Source: an uncultured Polyangiaceae bacterium (GTDB taxonomy: Bacteria > Myxococcota_A > Polyangia > Polyangiales > Polyangiaceae). From it: DNA of 16,919 bases. Position 1 is the stretch's first letter. Each line of letters begins with the position of its first letter. Shown piece by piece: positions 14,473 through 16,919 of the stretch. The position numbers were made by a program, and so were the translations under genes. The notes beneath the pieces were generated by a model. The model did not search any database. It saw only the letters and a program-made list of their open reading frames with translations, and was not told the DNA's origin. The stretch is from NCBI GenBank assembly GCA_964441055.1, contig CAYTYV010000029.1, forward strand, positions 9,452 to 26,370. The letters run 5' to 3'.

Positions 14473-16647
14473 GTGACGCAGCATAGGACTACAGGCGGGC
14501 GGTGCGGTCGCCGCGGCTACCGCGTGATGCGAGCGGGTGTGGCGATGGCGCTCGGGGCAGTGCTGCTCGGCCAGGCGCAGTGCCACCTGCGCGAGCCCGC
14601 GCGCCAACCGGCTCGAGCCATCGCCCAGCCCAGCGCGCTCCAGACGGTGGCGCAGCGCTTGCCGCGGGATGTCGGCGCGGTGCTGGTGGTGCCCGACCCG
14701 CTGGGCCTGCTCGATGAGCTGGGCTGGCAAGAGCTGGCTGGGCGTCACCGCCAGTGGCTCGAGCTGGGGGTGGCCGAGGTGGTCGCCGAGCTCGACCACA
14801 ACCTGCTCAGCCCTTACGGCTGGATGGAGATCGGCGTGGATCCACACGGCCCAGCGGGCTTGGTCTGGCGGGGGCCCGCCCGCCAAGCCGCCGCAGCCTT
14901 CGTCTCGCTTTCGAGCCACGAGCGGTTCAAGACCAGCCTGTACCGCCTAGCTCGTCGGCAAGGCTACCCCGTGGCTCCGCAGGTGGTGGGGCAGGCGCTG
15001 GTGCTGACGACGCCTGGCCAGGCGGGCTTGGCGGCCGTGCTGTACGACGACATGGCCTTCGTGTGCTTCGACGACGGCGCGGCGGGCTCCGAAGCCGGGC
15101 TCGGATGGCTGTTGCAGCTCGAGCCCGGCAGCAGCTTGGCCGCCAGCGCGGAGCTGCGGAGCCTTGCCTCGGGCGACGAGCTGACGGGCGATCTGGTGGC
15201 CTACGTCAACCCCCGTGCCGCCCTGGTCGAGGGCTTGGGCCTGGGGCTGGATCTGTTGTGGCAAGGCGGCACGCTGGTCGAGGCCGCCCGCGGGCTTGAG
15301 CTCGAGCGCCGCGCCGCGCTAGACCGCGCGCGCCAGCGCGGCGAGCCCGCCGAGACGATCGTGGGCATCGACGACCGCCACGCCGCCGCCCTCGAGCACC
15401 TGCGCCAAGCAGCGGGCTCCTCGTCTCTGCGGCCCCTGCTCGGCCCTTTGCAGGGCGCGGTCGTGGCGCTGGAGCTTCGACCGACGGGCCTTGTGGCCAG
15501 GGCTCGGCTGGGCGCGCCTGCTGGCTCGTTGCCCGTTCGGCTGTTGACGTCGCCGAGCCAGCAGGCGGCGTTTTTGGAGCAAGCGCTGGGTGAGGAGCCG
15601 ACCTTCCTAATGCGGGCCTCGTTGGAGCCCGATGCCGCGGTCGATGTGGCCGAGCTGCTCGGTGCGCCGCTCGATGCCATCTCGCGAGTGGGACGCATCG
15701 ACGTCCGGCGCGAGCTCGCGCCAGCGCTCAGCGGAGAGATCGGCGTGGCGCTGGTCGGCGGTGCAGAGCTCGACCCGTCCGGCGAGCATCCCTTCGTCGA
15801 TCCCCCCGAGATAGCGGCCGCCATCGGGCTGCGCAAACCCGCGGTGGTCGAGGCGATGCTCGCGCGGCTGACCGCCATGGAGCCGCTCGTGGGCGTGGTG
15901 CGCCGCGCGGAGCAGCACGATGGCTACCTGGTGCAGGCCCCTGGCGAGAAGCGGCAGCTATTCCTCGCCGTTCGGGCCGTTCAGCCGCAGCAGCTTGTCG
16001 TGGCGTCGAGCCGCGCGCTGCTCGGCAAGCTGATGAAGCCCGGGCGCGGCAAGCTCGCTCGTGGCCGCTACGCGCACGCCGAGCCGTGGGAGCTCGGCGA
16101 CGCCAGCCTACGGCTTCGCCTGGACCTAGCGCTGGTGCACGAGGCAGTGGCTCCGCTCGATCCGGCGGCCTTCGTGGTCGGTGCGCTGCAGCCTGCAGCC
16201 GCCGCGGCGCAGCCCCCGCCAGCTGAGTCGGCGGCAGCGTCGAAGACGCCGCTATCGCGGAAGGAGGCCGAGCTACGGCAGCTAGAGCAGCAAATCCAGA
16301 GCCTCGCCGCGCGGCAGCTCGTGCGGGCCGCCGCCCGTCAGCTCGCCTGGGCCCGAAGGCTCGGCGTCGTGACGGTCAGCGTCCACCGCACGCGGGCGGG
16401 GCTGGAGGCCCGAACGCGCTACCAAGTGCGCGACCAGAGCTTGGTGACGCTGCTCGGCGCCGTGCTCGAGCGCATCGCGCCCTACGCGGCTCCCGGGCCC
16501 CAGGGCGGCGAGATGCCGGGGTTGGCTCGGCTGGTCGACTTGGTCGAACGGCGCGCCGCCGTGGAGTCCGAGCTCCGCGAGCTGCGCGCACGCGAGGTCG
16601 ACGAGGAGAACCGCGGCGACGAGGCGTCGAGCGGCGACGCGCCGTAG
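14473..16647 (+). CDS. Hypothetical secreted protein, 724 aa, with a C-terminal coiled-coil segment
   Basis: Long ORF with high third-position GC. I choose the GTG at 14473 because AAGGAG (14460-14465) lies 7 nt upstream. The N-terminus has a basic region then hydrophobic 'AGVAMALGAVLLGQAQC'. The heptad-like 'SRKEAELRQLEQQIQSLAARQL' and acidic tail 'REVDEENRGDEASSGDAP' are at the C-terminus. I recognise no family. Alternative starts are at 14527 and 14545. Confidence 0.6.
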   Translation: MTQHRTTGGRCGRRGYRVMRAGVAMALGAVLLGQAQCHLREPARQPARAIAQPSALQTVAQRLPRDVGAVLVVPDPLGLLDELGWQELAGRHRQWLELGVAEVVAELDHNLLSPYGWMEIGVDPHGPAGLVWRGPARQAAAAFVSLSSHERFKTSLYRLARRQGYPVAPQVVGQALVLTTPGQAGLAAVLYDDMAFVCFDDGAAGSEAGLGWLLQLEPGSSLAASAELRSLASGDELTGDLVAYVNPRAALVEGLGLGLDLLWQGGTLVEAARGLELERRAALDRARQRGEPAETIVGIDDRHAAALEHLRQAAGSSSLRPLLGPLQGAVVALELRPTGLVARARLGAPAGSLPVRLLTSPSQQAAFLEQALGEEPTFLMRASLEPDAAVDVAELLGAPLDAISRVGRIDVRRELAPALSGEIGVALVGGAELDPSGEHPFVDPPEIAAAIGLRKPAVVEAMLARLTAMEPLVGVVRRAEQHDGYLVQAPGEKRQLFLAVRAVQPQQLVVASSRALLGKLMKPGRGKLARGRYAHAEPWELGDASLRLRLDLALVHEAVAPLDPAAFVVGALQPAAAAAQPPPAESAAASKTPLSRKEAELRQLEQQIQSLAARQLVRAAARQLAWARRLGVVTVSVHRTRAGLEARTRYQVRDQSLVTLLGAVLERIAPYAAPGPQGGEMPGLARLVDLVERRAAVESELRELRAREVDEENRGDEASSGDAP

Positions 16648-16666
16648 CGGCGTACGCCAGCCCCTT

Positions 16667-16841
16667 GGGGGGGAGAGGGCCGGCCCCCGCCACGGGGGGG
16701 GGGTATCTCCTGCTCGGGCGCGCGTACCCCCCTCCGCCGAGCGCGGCGCTGCCCCCCGCCGCCACCGCCCGCGGGGGGGGGGTGGCCGGGCTGGCCTACA
16801 GCGCCGGCGGCGCGCTGGCGGTGGCCTGCGGCGAGGGGGGG
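16667..16841. repeat. Cluster of long G and C homopolymer tracts
   Basis: G7 (16667-16673), G10 (16694-16703), C6 (16727-16732), C6 (16752-16757), G10 (16773-16782), G7 (16835-16841). All were read directly from the sequence. Confidence 0.6.
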
Positions 16842-16919
16842 CGGGTCGAGGTCTGGCGGGGGCGGGCGCTGGATCGGGCGCTGATCACCCACGACGGTAC
16901 CGCCGACGCGGTGGGGTGG
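16782..16919 (+). CDS. 5' part of a WD40/beta-propeller-like repeat protein (runs off the window; start uncertain)
   Basis: The open frame through the window end reads 'VAGLAYSAGGALAVACGEGGRVEVWRGRALDRALITHDGTADAVGW', which fits the WD-like pattern '..V..LA.S..G..LA....G.V.VW'. There is no ATG between 16648 and 16919. The in-frame GTG at 16782 is the only obvious start, and it sits at the end of a G10 tract. Confidence 0.35.
   Translation, partial: MAGLAYSAGGALAVACGEGGRVEVWRGRALDRALITHDGTADAVGW

Noticed and set aside
14249-14476. A 75-codon ORF (TTG start) whose TGA overlaps the GTG start at 14473, which looks like translational coupling with the 724-aa gene.
   Set aside because: I counted third-position G/C at about 60% (45 of 75 codons), far below the level seen in the real genes here. 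It has no Shine-Dalgarno sequence, and the peptide is basic low-complexity with no motif. It is most likely non-coding leader or promoter DNA.
1-16919. CRISPR arrays, tRNA/rRNA genes, toxin-antitoxin pairs, restriction-modification systems or other known defence modules, and mobile-element genes.
   Set aside because: I found no repeat-spacer periodicity and no cloverleaf-like low-GC islands. No ORF shows nuclease, methylase, ATPase, transposase or integrase motifs. Essentially all coding capacity is explained by the annotated genes.

Overview
The window is very GC-rich, roughly 70% by eye, and true genes show a strong G/C bias at the third codon position. Gene content and style suggest a Myxococcota-like (Polyangiales-type) chromosome, but that is inference only. 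It is densely coding and mostly housekeeping or accessory metabolism. In order it holds: an intrinsic terminator from an upstream gene; mtnA (+); a GH31 glycosidase lipoprotein (-); a stand-alone AICAR-transformylase-like PurH homologue (-) divergent from lipA (+); and a tightly coupled five-gene run (+) of a TerB-like protein, a polyprenyl diphosphate synthase, mevalonate kinase, diphosphomevalonate decarboxylase and phosphomevalonate kinase, i.e. a lower mevalonate pathway operon. After a strong hairpin come genes for exported proteins: a TPR lipoprotein (+), a PQQ-like beta-propeller lipoprotein (-), a 724-aa secreted protein with no domain I recognise (+), and the start of a WD40/beta-propeller-like ORF running off the 3' end. 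I found no rRNA, tRNA, CRISPR array, transposase, integrase or recognisable defence genes. The points most worth a second look are: (1) a ~120-130 nt intergenic element present twice in inverted orientation, 47/49 identical in its core, with a CU-rich anti-Shine-Dalgarno-like stretch; (2) the TerB-like gene translationally coupled to the isoprenoid operon, which lacks HMG-CoA synthase, HMG-CoA reductase and IPP isomerase in this window; (3) the PurH homologue lacking the IMP cyclohydrolase domain; and (4) unusually long G homopolymers (G11 inside lipA; two G10 and two G7 tracts at the unresolved start of the last ORF). None of this amounts to clear evidence of a new biological system. Many long ORFs in the six-frame track are off-frame or antisense artefacts of high GC.
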